From positions 1-64,000 of IMG/VR virus record IMGVR_UViG_3300027365_000010: a stretch of 64,000 bases of DNA, one strand, 5' to 3'. A model generated the notes under the pieces. It was not told the origin of the DNA, made no database searches, and saw nothing but the letters and a program-made list of their open reading frames with translations. Source of the DNA: a virus. Position 1 is the stretch's first letter. Every line of letters starts with the position of its first letter. Below are positions 1-9,903 of the stretch, piece after piece. The position numbers and the translations under genes were made by a program.

Positions 1-29
1 CAGAAGGATGTGCTTTTCAACACGACATA

Positions 30-302
30 TTGTATATCGATGGTCTCAATATTTCTTGGGGGTTCTCACCAATAGGGGAGCCTTCACCACGTGGCTTTCG
101 AGGCACACCTACTTTTGACGGTATCGATCTGACTTTTGTTTTAGAGTATACAATCAAATCTCGTATTAAGAAAAATTTAATAAAAATTAAACACCCTAGA
201 CTAGTGAATGAGTTAGATAGTGAAGATTATATCGATAAAACATTGGGTTTGCCTTGGTGTAAATTTTACATATCGAAATGGATACAAGAAAAGTATAGGT
301 GA
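30..302 (+). CDS. hypothetical protein (probably 5'-truncated by the window edge)
   Basis: ORF track; stop overlaps the next start (GTGA). Confidence 0.55.
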   Translation: MYIDGLNISWGFSPIGEPSPRGFRGTPTFDGIDLTFVLEYTIKSRIKKNLIKIKHPRLVNELDSEDYIDKTLGLPWCKFYISKWIQEKYR

Positions 303-778
303 AGAAAATGACTGTTATTAGTGATACAATGCTACACCAATATGGCGTTGCTACCGATACACCTTATTCAGAAAGTGTAATTCATCGTCTCAAATCAGAA
401 TTGGATAAACAAATACCTGAGATTATAAGACAGGTGTTCGATAATACTGTTACAATGATGGAGTTATCGGATTATATCAAATTGATTTCAATACGATACG
501 ATATAAACTATACCAGCAACGTTGTTGATGACACAAACATCTTCACAAAAGTGTGGAAACGTGTATGTTCTATCACAACTAAGAAACCGCTAGATGTACT
601 TATAACGTCCAGCGTTTTTGAAATATCTTATTCTATAGATTTTGAGTTTAAAAACGAATATCTGTTGAAGTTGAAAGATTATGATAAATATACAGAGTTT
701 ACGGAAAACATTGATTCATATATTTTTATAGAATTAAACACTAAACTCGATAATCTTTTTTATGACTCATCTATCTAA
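299..778 (+). CDS. hypothetical protein
   Basis: 159-aa ORF coupled to the upstream ORF. Confidence 0.7.
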   Translation: MKKMTVISDTMLHQYGVATDTPYSESVIHRLKSELDKQIPEIIRQVFDNTVTMMELSDYIKLISIRYDINYTSNVVDDTNIFTKVWKRVCSITTKKPLDVLITSSVFEISYSIDFEFKNEYLLKLKDYDKYTEFTENIDSYIFIELNTKLDNLFYDSSI

Positions 779-1555
779 AATAATATCCAATAAACTCACA
801 CTCACTGCTAGATATTCGTCATCAAACCACAGTTCATTATTTCCAGCCTGTAGGTCTGGGAGATTTGATATATCGAATACCTTAAATAAATCTGGGTCGA
901 TCATTTCATATAATCTTTTAGGTCCATCATTCAAAATTTCTTCTACAATTTTTTTGCTGGCAAATAATTCTAGCTCATACCTCAACTTAGACTGTGAGTC
1001 TTGATATATTTCTGAATCATTCTTTTTCTCTTTTTCAAAAACATCTTGTAGATGACGCAATTCTTCCAAAGTGTCAATATGATCGACGCCTAATTTGAGA
1101 GCCCAACGTTCAATCATATTGCCTATCGAAAAGAAACCAACCCGAGTACCTTTAAATTCTTCCGGTACTACATTCCAAATATCATTCGCCGGTACCATTG
1201 CAATCTTTGTACCGTTTTTAGGAAATAGTACCGCTAAGTTATCATCACTAGCTGAGTATACCATAGCAACATTACGACTAGTTGTTGCAATGACTGAACG
1301 TTTTGGAAGAGATTGAAATTTTGGATGTTCGTTCATAATAGCTGTGTATACATTGTTCGTATTCACGCTCTTACGTCCTCTCATTGGCTCTAGATGCATG
1401 AACGTGATCGTCATGTCTCCGAACCCACGATAAATGAGATTACCTTTAAGTGCTTGTCTATAAGCGTCTGAATACTCAGACTCCAATAACTTCCTGTACT
1501 CATCTAACTGAAGAATTGTCGATGATGATTCTGTGATAATTTCATTTACTTTCAT
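767..1555 (-). CDS. putative ADP-ribosyltransferase-like virion protein with (L/I)xE leader
   Basis: LIYRG...SVIATTS..VA..Y...NNELW resembles the R-S-E ART layout; leader MKVNEIITE; paralog of 45910..46596. Confidence 0.5.
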   Translation of the reverse strand: MKVNEIITESSSTILQLDEYRKLLESEYSDAYRQALKGNLIYRGFGDMTITFMHLEPMRGRKSVNTNNVYTAIMNEHPKFQSLPKRSVIATTSRNVAMVYSASDDNLAVLFPKNGTKIAMVPANDIWNVVPEEFKGTRVGFFSIGNMIERWALKLGVDHIDTLEELRHLQDVFEKEKKNDSEIYQDSQSKLRYELELFASKKIVEEILNDGPKRLYEMIDPDLFKVFDISNLPDLQAGNNELWFDDEYLAVSVSLLDIILDR

Positions 1556-1560
1556 AGGTA

Positions 1561-2928
1561 TTAATCCTTATCAATAAACATCGTTTTGTAGGCTTCCCAA
1601 TGGTCACTATTTTTAATCATTGCCTCGCCTTTAGGAAATCGATCATTAATCACATATAAAGCATATTTTAAGGCAGTATCACTTTCAGTTGCTATTGCAT
1701 CTTCGCCTAATGGAAAAGCCCCATGTAAAACATGTCTTGCATACATATAGCTACGGTTTGGATGTTCTGAAATGGCCTCTTCACCCTCTGGAAACGGTTC
1801 ACCAATTGTTCTAGCGTACTGTAAAGCGACTGCACCATCCTTAGCCATTTCAGCCTCACCCTTTTCGAACGGTTCTCTTCGAAACACCGCGTATATTAAA
1901 GATGATATTGGATCAGTGGCTATCATATCCTCACCTTTTGGAAAGTCTGCATTAAGTATGTTTTTTGCATAAGCAACTGATATTCTTGGATTTTGTATTA
2001 TAACATTCTCAAGTTTATCTAATAGATCCTTTGGCAACTTACCAGTTTTAAAAAAGTGTTTTGCGTTTTTTTCGATAAAACGATAAGCATCTCTTGAATT
2101 ACCAGACTTAATGATCTCATAGGCTTCTTTTCGCACACCACTTAGTTTTATATCCTGATTTAAGTATGAGGATAGTTCTTTATAATACACCTTGTCATAT
2201 AGATCAGTATAAGCAACCTCCATAAGAAGGAGTGATCTTAACAGTTGTATCTTAATATCATCATACATTTCATGATAGTCTTTACCGCCAATGAATCTGA
2301 GTTCAATTCTACCGTCACTAGTGAAATAATCTTTGACTGCCGCTGTGATATACTTTGAACCTTCAAGTTCAGTCATTATACGCCACTCAATATTTTCTAC
2401 ATCCTTTTTTGATCTCAACCGTTGGCTCGGTAGTTCAGAGAGCATTATTTCTATATATCGATTATAGTTTTTTACATGATCTCTTTCTGGGAATACTTTA
2501 TGGATATAGTCTGAATCCATCAATAGCAAGAACTTAACATGATTGAAATCATCAAGTTCATATTTATTAGTAGATATGGATATATGCATCCCGGCCATTT
2601 CAGGGACTGTAATATCTTCCTGTTCTATGAACGAAAACATAGATTTAATATGAGTCAACGCCTCACGCAAAAACATCTTCCCGGTAATGATTTCTATCAT
2701 GTCGTCATGCTCGGTAGTTACAGAATCAAAAGCAATTCCGTATTTGTTGAGCATTGTTATTACATCATCCATCGTCACATCTGGTTCAAATTTCATTTCA
2801 TATTCAACACCAACGTTGAAATCATTAGAACGTGATAGAATGTCATTAATTTCTTTTTCGCCGAAAGTGACGCCTTCGGATATTTGTCTTCTATATGATT
2901 TTTCAAGTATTAGAGGTAGGTTATGCAT
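1561..2928 (-). CDS. putative amidoligase (COOH-NH2 ligase, Amidoligase_2-like) with C-terminal repeats
   Basis: GVEYEM, EIIT, GMHISIS, RIELRF motifs; paralog of 56155 and 57909 genes. Confidence 0.7.
   Translation of the reverse strand: MHNLPLILEKSYRRQISEGVTFGEKEINDILSRSNDFNVGVEYEMKFEPDVTMDDVITMLNKYGIAFDSVTTEHDDMIEIITGKMFLREALTHIKSMFSFIEQEDITVPEMAGMHISISTNKYELDDFNHVKFLLLMDSDYIHKVFPERDHVKNYNRYIEIMLSELPSQRLRSKKDVENIEWRIMTELEGSKYITAAVKDYFTSDGRIELRFIGGKDYHEMYDDIKIQLLRSLLLMEVAYTDLYDKVYYKELSSYLNQDIKLSGVRKEAYEIIKSGNSRDAYRFIEKNAKHFFKTGKLPKDLLDKLENVIIQNPRISVAYAKNILNADFPKGEDMIATDPISSLIYAVFRREPFEKGEAEMAKDGAVALQYARTIGEPFPEGEEAISEHPNRSYMYARHVLHGAFPLGEDAIATESDTALKYALYVINDRFPKGEAMIKNSDHWEAYKTMFIDKD
1606..1989 (-). 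repeat. five tandem 25-26 aa protein repeats (A..YA.....FP.GE..IA)
   Basis: PRISVAYAKNILNADFPKGEDMIATD / PISSLIYAVFRREPFEKGEAEMAKD / GAVALQYARTIGEPFPEGEEAISEH / PNRSYMYARHVLHGAFPLGEDAIATE / SDTALKYALYVINDRFPKGEAMIKNS. Confidence 0.9.
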
Positions 2929-2983
2929 TTTTCAATCCTGTTGATTTTTATAGTATTTATTGTAATCAACAGGGTTGAAAAAT
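2927..2983 (-). promoter_or_regulatory. RBS-sequestering hairpin with a T4-like late promoter (AATAAATA, 2954-2961) in its loop
   Basis: 20-bp inverted repeat with one mismatch, covering AGGA and the AU of the start codon at 2928. Confidence 0.75.
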
Positions 2984-3405
2984 TACTTAAGAGAAAGTTC
3001 CATATTAGGGAATAGACTGTTGGTAGCGCAATATACCTCTGAACAAAAATAGCCTATTAAAATCAGAACTAAAAAAACAACATCAAGAGCCGTAGTAGTA
3101 GAAATCATAGTTATTAGTGTTATAAATAGAACAATGAACACAAATGTCGTCGCGAACGACGACATCTTCAATTCCATTAATTTGCTATTTGCATGTCGAG
3201 GGTTGTATTTAAAGACTTTATGGCTGATATACCACAGCTTAAAATTACATACAATATGACCTGTTACCGCAGTTAGTAACAACAGTGCATATGTTACGGG
3301 GATAGTGGTAGAGATCAACGCTGAAACAATCAACAACATATTTAACGCAAATGTACGTTCATAATATTTGTTGATATATGGGTATAAATCAGTAATTGTT
3401 TTCAT
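2983..3405 (-). CDS. membrane protein, about 4 TM segments
   Basis: long hydrophobic stretches. Confidence 0.75.
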   Translation of the reverse strand: MKTITDLYPYINKYYERTFALNMLLIVSALISTTIPVTYALLLLTAVTGHIVCNFKLWYISHKVFKYNPRHANSKLMELKMSSFATTFVFIVLFITLITMISTTTALDVVFLVLILIGYFCSEVYCATNSLFPNMELSLK

Positions 3406-3409
3406 TAAA

Positions 3410-4552
3410 TCATTCCTCTTTGTTATCTAAAACATTTTTATAGATAGTGATTCTCCAAACACTTTCTAAAGTCTTCTGATCAGTTAGTTTAAGCCATCTA
3501 AGAAAACGCTCATCCATACCGTACTCACTCAGTATGCTTTTATCCCCAGTGTACTTATTTGTTTTTGACGTATCAGTGTATTCCCATATCAGTCCCGCTT
3601 TGAGAAGCTTATGAATAAGCTCCTTAGATGTGTTTAACGCATTAAACTTAACACTATATGCGTTCTTATTATAATATCCATCCTCATTAACTTCTATTTC
3701 AAATGGACTATCATCATAGGTACACAAAGTTTTGAAGATTGATTTATGCTTATTGAGTATTTGATTTGTTTTCTCTTCACATTGTGAACTATAGAACGGA
3801 ATATATGTAATATCCTTTGATGATAAGTATTCGACTACTTTATCTAAATCATTCATAGATTTCAGTAAGATGCACGTATTCGCTAGTTCAGGGTTTATAT
3901 TCGGTTCAGACGCGTCATCAATGAAAAAATGCTCTACATGTCCTTCTATATGTTCTATTAGTGTTGAAAGATCTTCATCAAAAATATACTCTATTTGATT
4001 GTCAGTATCTCTAATAAATGCATATCGATCCATAAATTCATACAAACCATCTGGATCATTATTAAACATTTCAGCTACGTCTTCTCGACGTAGTACATGA
4101 ACCTTATAGCTGTCGTCTGTCTCATATGGATGAATGTAATCTCTATCAATGCAATAAAAACCATAATCATTAAATTTAAAAGTATGCATTATGTCACTAT
4201 AACGGTATGTACCTGAATGAATTAAATTCTGCGGTACGTCCGATGAAGGAACGCCTTTACCATTTCTTGAAAAATACATACACTCTATCGTCGTATAACA
4301 TGATTTCGATGAGTTAATGAATGAAATATCCAATGGTCCTCTATGAAACAATAAACTATATATCACAGAGGCATTATTCTCTGTGAAGAATAAGCCACAT
4401 GGATAATTTTCGGCATCCACATCAACATACTTATAAATATCGTCAAGTGTATAGAGTGTGAGAAATCCAAGAGAACTATGTGTTTTCACAACTGGTAACA
4501 TTCTTAGATAATGATTTTCATTCATTATAACAGCTATCCTTATTGATGACAA
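3410..4552 (-). CDS. hypothetical protein, distant member of paralog trio A
   Basis: DAENYPCGLF, EYIFDEDL, FLRWLKL echo the two upstream paralogs. Confidence 0.75.
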   Translation of the reverse strand: MSSIRIAVIMNENHYLRMLPVVKTHSSLGFLTLYTLDDIYKYVDVDAENYPCGLFFTENNASVIYSLLFHRGPLDISFINSSKSCYTTIECMYFSRNGKGVPSSDVPQNLIHSGTYRYSDIMHTFKFNDYGFYCIDRDYIHPYETDDSYKVHVLRREDVAEMFNNDPDGLYEFMDRYAFIRDTDNQIEYIFDEDLSTLIEHIEGHVEHFFIDDASEPNINPELANTCILLKSMNDLDKVVEYLSSKDITYIPFYSSQCEEKTNQILNKHKSIFKTLCTYDDSPFEIEVNEDGYYNKNAYSVKFNALNTSKELIHKLLKAGLIWEYTDTSKTNKYTGDKSILSEYGMDERFLRWLKLTDQKTLESVWRITIYKNVLDNKEE

Positions 4553-5699
4553 TACCCTCGATACAATCCATCCAAATTGTTTTTAGTTTAATCTTCCCTA
4601 AAAATGAATTATTGTTGATAAAATAGCGACAATAATCATAGTTTTCATGAGTAACCGTTTGATTAAAATTGCATTCAGGTACTATACCACCTTCGTCAAT
4701 TTCTTTCAAAATAGTATCGATCATATCGTTTTCAATAACAGCGTCCCATGAAAATTCCACACATAGCTTATTGTTTTCTGGGAATAAATTGTCGTAGGTA
4801 ATTGGAATATTTTTTTGGGTATTTCTCAATTCTACTAGATAATTAGTCACAGGGTCGTCAACCGATGAATGTATAGCTATAGTCGAATCCATGTTGTGGT
4901 TATCATATAGATAATCACTGTAGAAAGCTAGAGTATCTATATCATTGCAAAGTAATACATGAGAAAAGAATGCCTTGCGAATATCAACATCATTGTAGGT
5001 CTCTATGGAATTAATTTCAGACACTTTCACCGATTCATTGGCAATATCTTTCTGAAGTTCTTTACTAAGATTAGCGTCGAACATGTAAGAAAATTGTTCA
5101 CGTGGATCAAATAGAATAGTGTTCTCATACTTATTTTCTAAATTATTCACAAACATATTATATGCCTGCGAGATATAATACTCGTTAAGCTTCAGAACAC
5201 CGCTCGGATACGATGTACACAAAAGATTATTACTATTAGTTTTATTCGAATGATTATCGATAGCCCTTAGTAACGAAAAGCTGTTTTCACATTTTGTAGA
5301 AACATTGTTTAGATCTACCTTAAACACGTCAGATACATCTTTCATCTTATTGAAGCCATCGTTCAAACTATCTAAAGTATTTTTACCAATCTCATCAACT
5401 GGAATTGAATCTGAACCATCTTGACGATGGAAACTTATGAGACAAAAATTAGTTGGGCTATTAGCATTGACATTATCAATATATCCATACGTCTCTTTTC
5501 TCAACATAGATGGATTTGATACAAAGTCTGCTGTTCTCGAACCTAATATATTAGGTATTAATACATAAGGATATTTTTTTGGATCAAAATCCGTGTGTTC
5601 GATAATATCAAATATTTCATCATGAGCGTACAACACATTTAGATCTTTAAGCTTGGACAATTTTAAAGCATTCATTTTATTTTTCCTATTATAGCTCAT
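4518..5699 (-). CDS. hypothetical protein, paralog trio A
   Basis: DPKKYPY, SPTNF, FDP..FSYMFD, FFSHV, HSSVDDPV shared with 5689..6834. Confidence 0.8.
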   Translation of the reverse strand: MSYNRKNKMNALKLSKLKDLNVLYAHDEIFDIIEHTDFDPKKYPYVLIPNILGSRTADFVSNPSMLRKETYGYIDNVNANSPTNFCLISFHRQDGSDSIPVDEIGKNTLDSLNDGFNKMKDVSDVFKVDLNNVSTKCENSFSLLRAIDNHSNKTNSNNLLCTSYPSGVLKLNEYYISQAYNMFVNNLENKYENTILFDPREQFSYMFDANLSKELQKDIANESVKVSEINSIETYNDVDIRKAFFSHVLLCNDIDTLAFYSDYLYDNHNMDSTIAIHSSVDDPVTNYLVELRNTQKNIPITYDNLFPENNKLCVEFSWDAVIENDMIDTILKEIDEGGIVPECNFNQTVTHENYDYCRYFINNNSFLGKIKLKTIWMDCIEGIVINKDSCYNE

Positions 5700-6834
5700 T
5701 ATTTACTATTAGTGTCTCAATACATTGTTTCCATTTTGTTTGCAACTTCATCTTATTGATAAACTTCTCTTCATCAATATAGATAGGTATAGACATCAGG
5801 CTTTCTACGTTCTTACCAATTTTTTTATCTGTGTAAAAAGTTCCCGCGTCAATCTCCCTAATAATGTCGTCAAACAAATCTTCAGACGCAACATATTCCC
5901 AATCAAATAGCACCTCATATGATTTAGATTTATTAGATACCGTACCCGTTTCGATATTAAGATCTTCTGTAAGCGACTTTAGGCGTCTTACACGGTTATT
6001 AACTGGATCGTCAACAGAAGAATGCATTCCAAAGTGGCAATCACGATTGCATTTTTTAGTAAAATAATAACCGTATTCTTCCATACTACTACGTTTTTTG
6101 AAAACCATAACATGTGCAAAAAACTTACGCGTTTTATATTTTGTTGCTGAATTCAAATCAGTATGATCGATATGTTGAAATACGTCAGTAACTCTAAGAA
6201 CATCATGCTTAATGTCCTTAAGAACACGTTTCTCAAATCGCTTATCAAACATATAATCATAATGATGATCTGGGTCAAAAACAATAACGCTATTGTTATC
6301 TAGATACCTTGCACCAACTGCCGTTGCACTCCCATCAAGACTACGAATACGATAGTTTTTGTCATCGAGATCAATACCATTAGCTCTGGGAGAATAAATA
6401 AACTTCTCTTTTCTCTCTATTCCTAGAGAATTGATATGTTCTCTTACAACATAGATATCTTTAGAAAGTAAAGTTACATCTTGAAAATTTAAATAAAAGG
6501 TGTCACAGACTTCATCACCACGCTTGAACGACGAATTAAGCTTTTTGAAAATCTTTGGATCAACCTCGTTCAATGGAATAATATCATGTTTAGATTTTTG
6601 TGATGTGATATTCATTAGACTAAATGTAGTTGGTGAAAAGTTGTGCGGTCTAAAATAAAAAGAATCTTCTTTTTTAACTTTCACCGGATTCACAACCATC
6701 TCGGTAGAATCAGCATCATGAGACGCAATAACCATAATATATGGATATTCTGTTGGATCAATACTTTGATCTGAAAGGTTTGGATACATTGCATCATAAC
6801 AATACATCATGTTAATTGAAGCCTTTTTCCTCAT
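5689..6834 (-). CDS. hypothetical protein, paralog trio A
   Basis: DPTEYPY, SPTTF, FDP..YDYMFD, FFAHV, HSSVDDPV. Confidence 0.8.
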   Translation of the reverse strand: MRKKASINMMYCYDAMYPNLSDQSIDPTEYPYIMVIASHDADSTEMVVNPVKVKKEDSFYFRPHNFSPTTFSLMNITSQKSKHDIIPLNEVDPKIFKKLNSSFKRGDEVCDTFYLNFQDVTLLSKDIYVVREHINSLGIERKEKFIYSPRANGIDLDDKNYRIRSLDGSATAVGARYLDNNSVIVFDPDHHYDYMFDKRFEKRVLKDIKHDVLRVTDVFQHIDHTDLNSATKYKTRKFFAHVMVFKKRSSMEEYGYYFTKKCNRDCHFGMHSSVDDPVNNRVRRLKSLTEDLNIETGTVSNKSKSYEVLFDWEYVASEDLFDDIIREIDAGTFYTDKKIGKNVESLMSIPIYIDEEKFINKMKLQTKWKQCIETLIVNNEL

Positions 6835-6837
6835 CGT

Positions 6838-7311
6838 TCACGTATCCTCTTTGAACTTCATGTTTGGAAATCGATTCTTAATCCACGATACATCCACTGT
6901 CCATTGCTCCTGAGAACGCCTGTGATGCTCCTGAAAGCATTTAACAATATAGTCTTCAGCTTCCTTAGCACTAATGTTATTTTTCCTACAGAAGTGAGTC
7001 AGGAGCTTTGGAACACGTTTAGACCTAGTTCTCATGTGGAATCCAATATGTTTGCATGCATGGCAATCAGGACACAAAGCAATTGTTCTAACTAGCTTCT
7101 GAATATTGTTGACATCATCATACTCCCAAACTTCGTGACATTCTACAGGCCACTTAGGGCCTGTACCGCCACAGATTTCACATTTGTATCCTGCATGCTT
7201 GAACGTCATAGACTTTATAATATCCCAATCCTTACGACTCACCATGTCTCGAATATTATTAAACCATGATGTTGAAGGTACTAACTCGATAGTAAGTTTA
7301 TAGTTCGACAT
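6838..7311 (-). CDS. HNH endonuclease family protein
   Basis: CEICG...ECHEVW...LCPDCHACKH. Confidence 0.85.
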   Translation of the reverse strand: MSNYKLTIELVPSTSWFNNIRDMVSRKDWDIIKSMTFKHAGYKCEICGGTGPKWPVECHEVWEYDDVNNIQKLVRTIALCPDCHACKHIGFHMRTRSKRVPKLLTHFCRKNNISAKEAEDYIVKCFQEHHRRSQEQWTVDVSWIKNRFPNMKFKEDT

Positions 7312-7894
7312 AACTCACCATCGAACGAACTGTTTTGCGAACAAATTTATAATTGGGGTACTTCTCTTTCTTTTTACGCAGATGATATGAAAAGTCTTCT
7401 TCATCCTCAAACTCAATACTATAGAAGAGTTCACCATTCAGCTTATAGATTTCCAGCACCAACGTTGTTTCAACGGTATCACTGAAGATTTCAGGTGAAC
7501 CTTTATATTGAGTTTCATTCATAAGGTCATTAATAGATTCGACCCTTTCACCTTTACCATTGTTTAAATCATTGATCGATTTCTGTGTGGTTTTATTGGG
7601 AATTTTTGGTCGTTCTTGTTTAGGCTTAGGCGCGGGTTGTTGTTTTTTGCTACGAGGTTCTTTCATAGTATTCACATCTTTTTTACGGTAGTTCAATTGT
7701 TTCTGACTGAAATATTGTTTAAACATGGAAGTAGGTGCAACAGGATCATATGAATGAATGAGTTCACCAATTTCATGAATTTTAAATTCTTTACCATCAC
7801 TTTTGATGGCACTGACGATTTTTCCATTAACAATCGTCAACCATTTCAGATCGGTTTTATGACCCAATCGCTTCGCTGTAACTAACTCTTTCAT
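7298..7894 (-). CDS. hypothetical protein
   Basis: 198-aa ORF with GGAG SD. Confidence 0.75.
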   Translation of the reverse strand: MKELVTAKRLGHKTDLKWLTIVNGKIVSAIKSDGKEFKIHEIGELIHSYDPVAPTSMFKQYFSQKQLNYRKKDVNTMKEPRSKKQQPAPKPKQERPKIPNKTTQKSINDLNNGKGERVESINDLMNETQYKGSPEIFSDTVETTLVLEIYKLNGELFYSIEFEDEEDFSYHLRKKKEKYPNYKFVRKTVRSMVSYVEL

Positions 7895-7914
7895 TATTCA
7901 ACTCCATACTATTC

Positions 7915-8403
7915 TCACATAGTACCACAATAATCATTTTCTTCAACATTCAAGACATCAATGTATTCGACTTCTGGATATTCTTTCTCAATTTCTTCAA
8001 ACAATCGACGGACACGTTGTTGACCTTTTTCGGTATAAGATGATTGTTCAATCTTATCAATCCCTTCTTTCTTACATACTTTGAACATTTCATGAATAAG
8101 AGGACGAGACAATTTACGACCGAGATATTCATCCGCAACACCAATACTATTGATCCAGCACTTTGCACCTGTATTATTCAGGGTTTCTTTAGAACTGTTG
8201 GTAATTACAACAGCACCAGCGATTTTATTCTTAAACTCATCAACGGCAAGAATAAGAAAACTTTCATCACCAATGGCACAATTGAATCCTTGTGAGAGAT
8301 ATGGAACGTCATCAAGACCTTCGTATTCATATTCAAACAGGATATCATTACTAAACTCGTAATGTTCACTCAGGCTATTTGTAGTGAAGACCTTAATATG
8401 CAT
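7915..8403 (-). CDS. GNAT family acetyltransferase
   Basis: INSIGVADEYLGRKLSRPLI acetyl-CoA motif A. Confidence 0.75.
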   Translation of the reverse strand: MHIKVFTTNSLSEHYEFSNDILFEYEYEGLDDVPYLSQGFNCAIGDESFLILAVDEFKNKIAGAVVITNSSKETLNNTGAKCWINSIGVADEYLGRKLSRPLIHEMFKVCKKEGIDKIEQSSYTEKGQQRVRRLFEEIEKEYPEVEYIDVLNVEENDYCGTM

Positions 8404-8452
8404 AACATATCTCCCATGATTTAATTCATTTTAAATCATTTTGACGCCCGAG

Positions 8453-9184
8453 TCAACAAATCTTACTCAAAGCTTTAAATACAGAGCCTGCATAGACTTT
8501 GTACTGGTTGATCTCAAGGTCACTCGCTCTTGAAACCAGAAGCTTTTTAGAATGATCCTTACAAACCAATTTACAAAATCTAATATCTTTGGCTAACTGT
8601 TCATAGTCGCTGTCATCATAGTATTGGGCTCCATGAGATAAGCGAATTATTTGTTTATACTTCGTAAATTCCATTTTACGTTTTGTACGACTACTACGAA
8701 AATAATATTGTGTACCAGCATACAAAGCATCATCGTGATAAGAGCGCCCAACAGAAAACCGCTTAGTAATTGAACTTGGTACTTCTGGTAAATTAACAGG
8801 CATTGTCAGCATGAACTTATAATCGTAAGCCAAATGATTTCCTTGAGGGTTATATCCATCATCATATTCAACCATATTACCAAAAAAGTGTTTGATACAT
8901 GACTTCATTGGTGGTATATCTACGATTATTTGATAATTATGTGAATCATCATAGTTATCGATTTCTTTTTTGATATTTTCTTCTGAGGGTAAGTACTCTT
9001 TTTTAAAAATATCATATTGATAACCATAGTCTAAAGCAGGTACACGCTTGCCGATTCTATAATTGCATTTGTTTTTTGATACTCCGTTGAAAAAATGTTT
9101 AGGCGTCAATGAGCTTTTTTCATTTAGTTCAACACGATAATTGAAAAGAAGGTGAATAAAATCATCAAGTGTTATTTTCCCCAT
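8453..9184 (-). CDS. hypothetical protein, paralog family B
   Basis: N-terminal ITLDDFIHLL motif shared with neighbours. Confidence 0.75.
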   Translation of the reverse strand: MGKITLDDFIHLLFNYRVELNEKSSLTPKHFFNGVSKNKCNYRIGKRVPALDYGYQYDIFKKEYLPSEENIKKEIDNYDDSHNYQIIVDIPPMKSCIKHFFGNMVEYDDGYNPQGNHLAYDYKFMLTMPVNLPEVPSSITKRFSVGRSYHDDALYAGTQYYFRSSRTKRKMEFTKYKQIIRLSHGAQYYDDSDYEQLAKDIRFCKLVCKDHSKKLLVSRASDLEINQYKVYAGSVFKALSKIC

Positions 9185-9843
9185 AATAGTTCTCCGATAT
9201 TAATAAAGCTCATGAGTTTTGTCCGGTTTGTGTTGATTGGAATTTGAACGTAGTTCGCACGTTTATATAAACATAGTTGTCTAAGCGCACTAAGCTGTTC
9301 GGGTGTTAATTCAACCACATCGCTTTTTCTATGAACACCATCAGTGCTGAGTATACAGTAGTCACGGTATTCCTCTAAGTCGGTGATACCAAAGTTGTCT
9401 TGCAACAATCTTCTGAGGGTTGAACGATATGCTGGTTTAAATGTCCTTCCGTCTGCTTGTGTTGCACTACTGACAAAGTTGTCATCAAATGTTTTCTTCT
9501 GCTTAACCATAGTTAGGATATTGTAGTCGTAATCATTACGAACACGACATACGGTATTCTCATCTGAGAATTCTTCAATGATGGTTTGTAGAATCATACT
9601 GATTGACTTGGGAAGGTAAACCTTAACCATTGTGTTTGGGTTTTGATCCATGTATTTCTTCAAGTCATCCCGGTACATTGACATGTATTCGGTTTTCGCC
9701 TTTGATTTTGGATTCTTGTAGTCGTGTTTAACAATGGTCTTTATGTTGTTCCAGTCTACATCCAAGGAGGCAATTGCCTTGCCCTGAAGTACGCGGATTC
9801 TTGGGTGCGAATACATGTACTTTAAGTCCTGAAATGTGTACAT
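9172..9843 (-). CDS. hypothetical protein, paralog family B (start moved to MYTFQD)
   Basis: FQDLKYMYSHPRIRVL, VKVYLP, LCLYK; GAGGG SD before 9843. Confidence 0.75.
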   Translation of the reverse strand: MYTFQDLKYMYSHPRIRVLQGKAIASLDVDWNNIKTIVKHDYKNPKSKAKTEYMSMYRDDLKKYMDQNPNTMVKVYLPKSISMILQTIIEEFSDENTVCRVRNDYDYNILTMVKQKKTFDDNFVSSATQADGRTFKPAYRSTLRRLLQDNFGITDLEEYRDYCILSTDGVHRKSDVVELTPEQLSALRQLCLYKRANYVQIPINTNRTKLMSFINIGELLWGK

Positions 9844-9903
9844 AATTCCCTCGTTTTTATTACAATTTGTTTTAGTGTGTGTATCCAATGAGATGTTTTG
9901 CAT

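Noticed and set aside
6838-7311. HNH gene as a homing endonuclease within an intron or tied to the split terL
   Set aside because: It sits in an ordinary coupled operon, flanking genes are not interrupted, and it is over 33 kb from the terL fragment.
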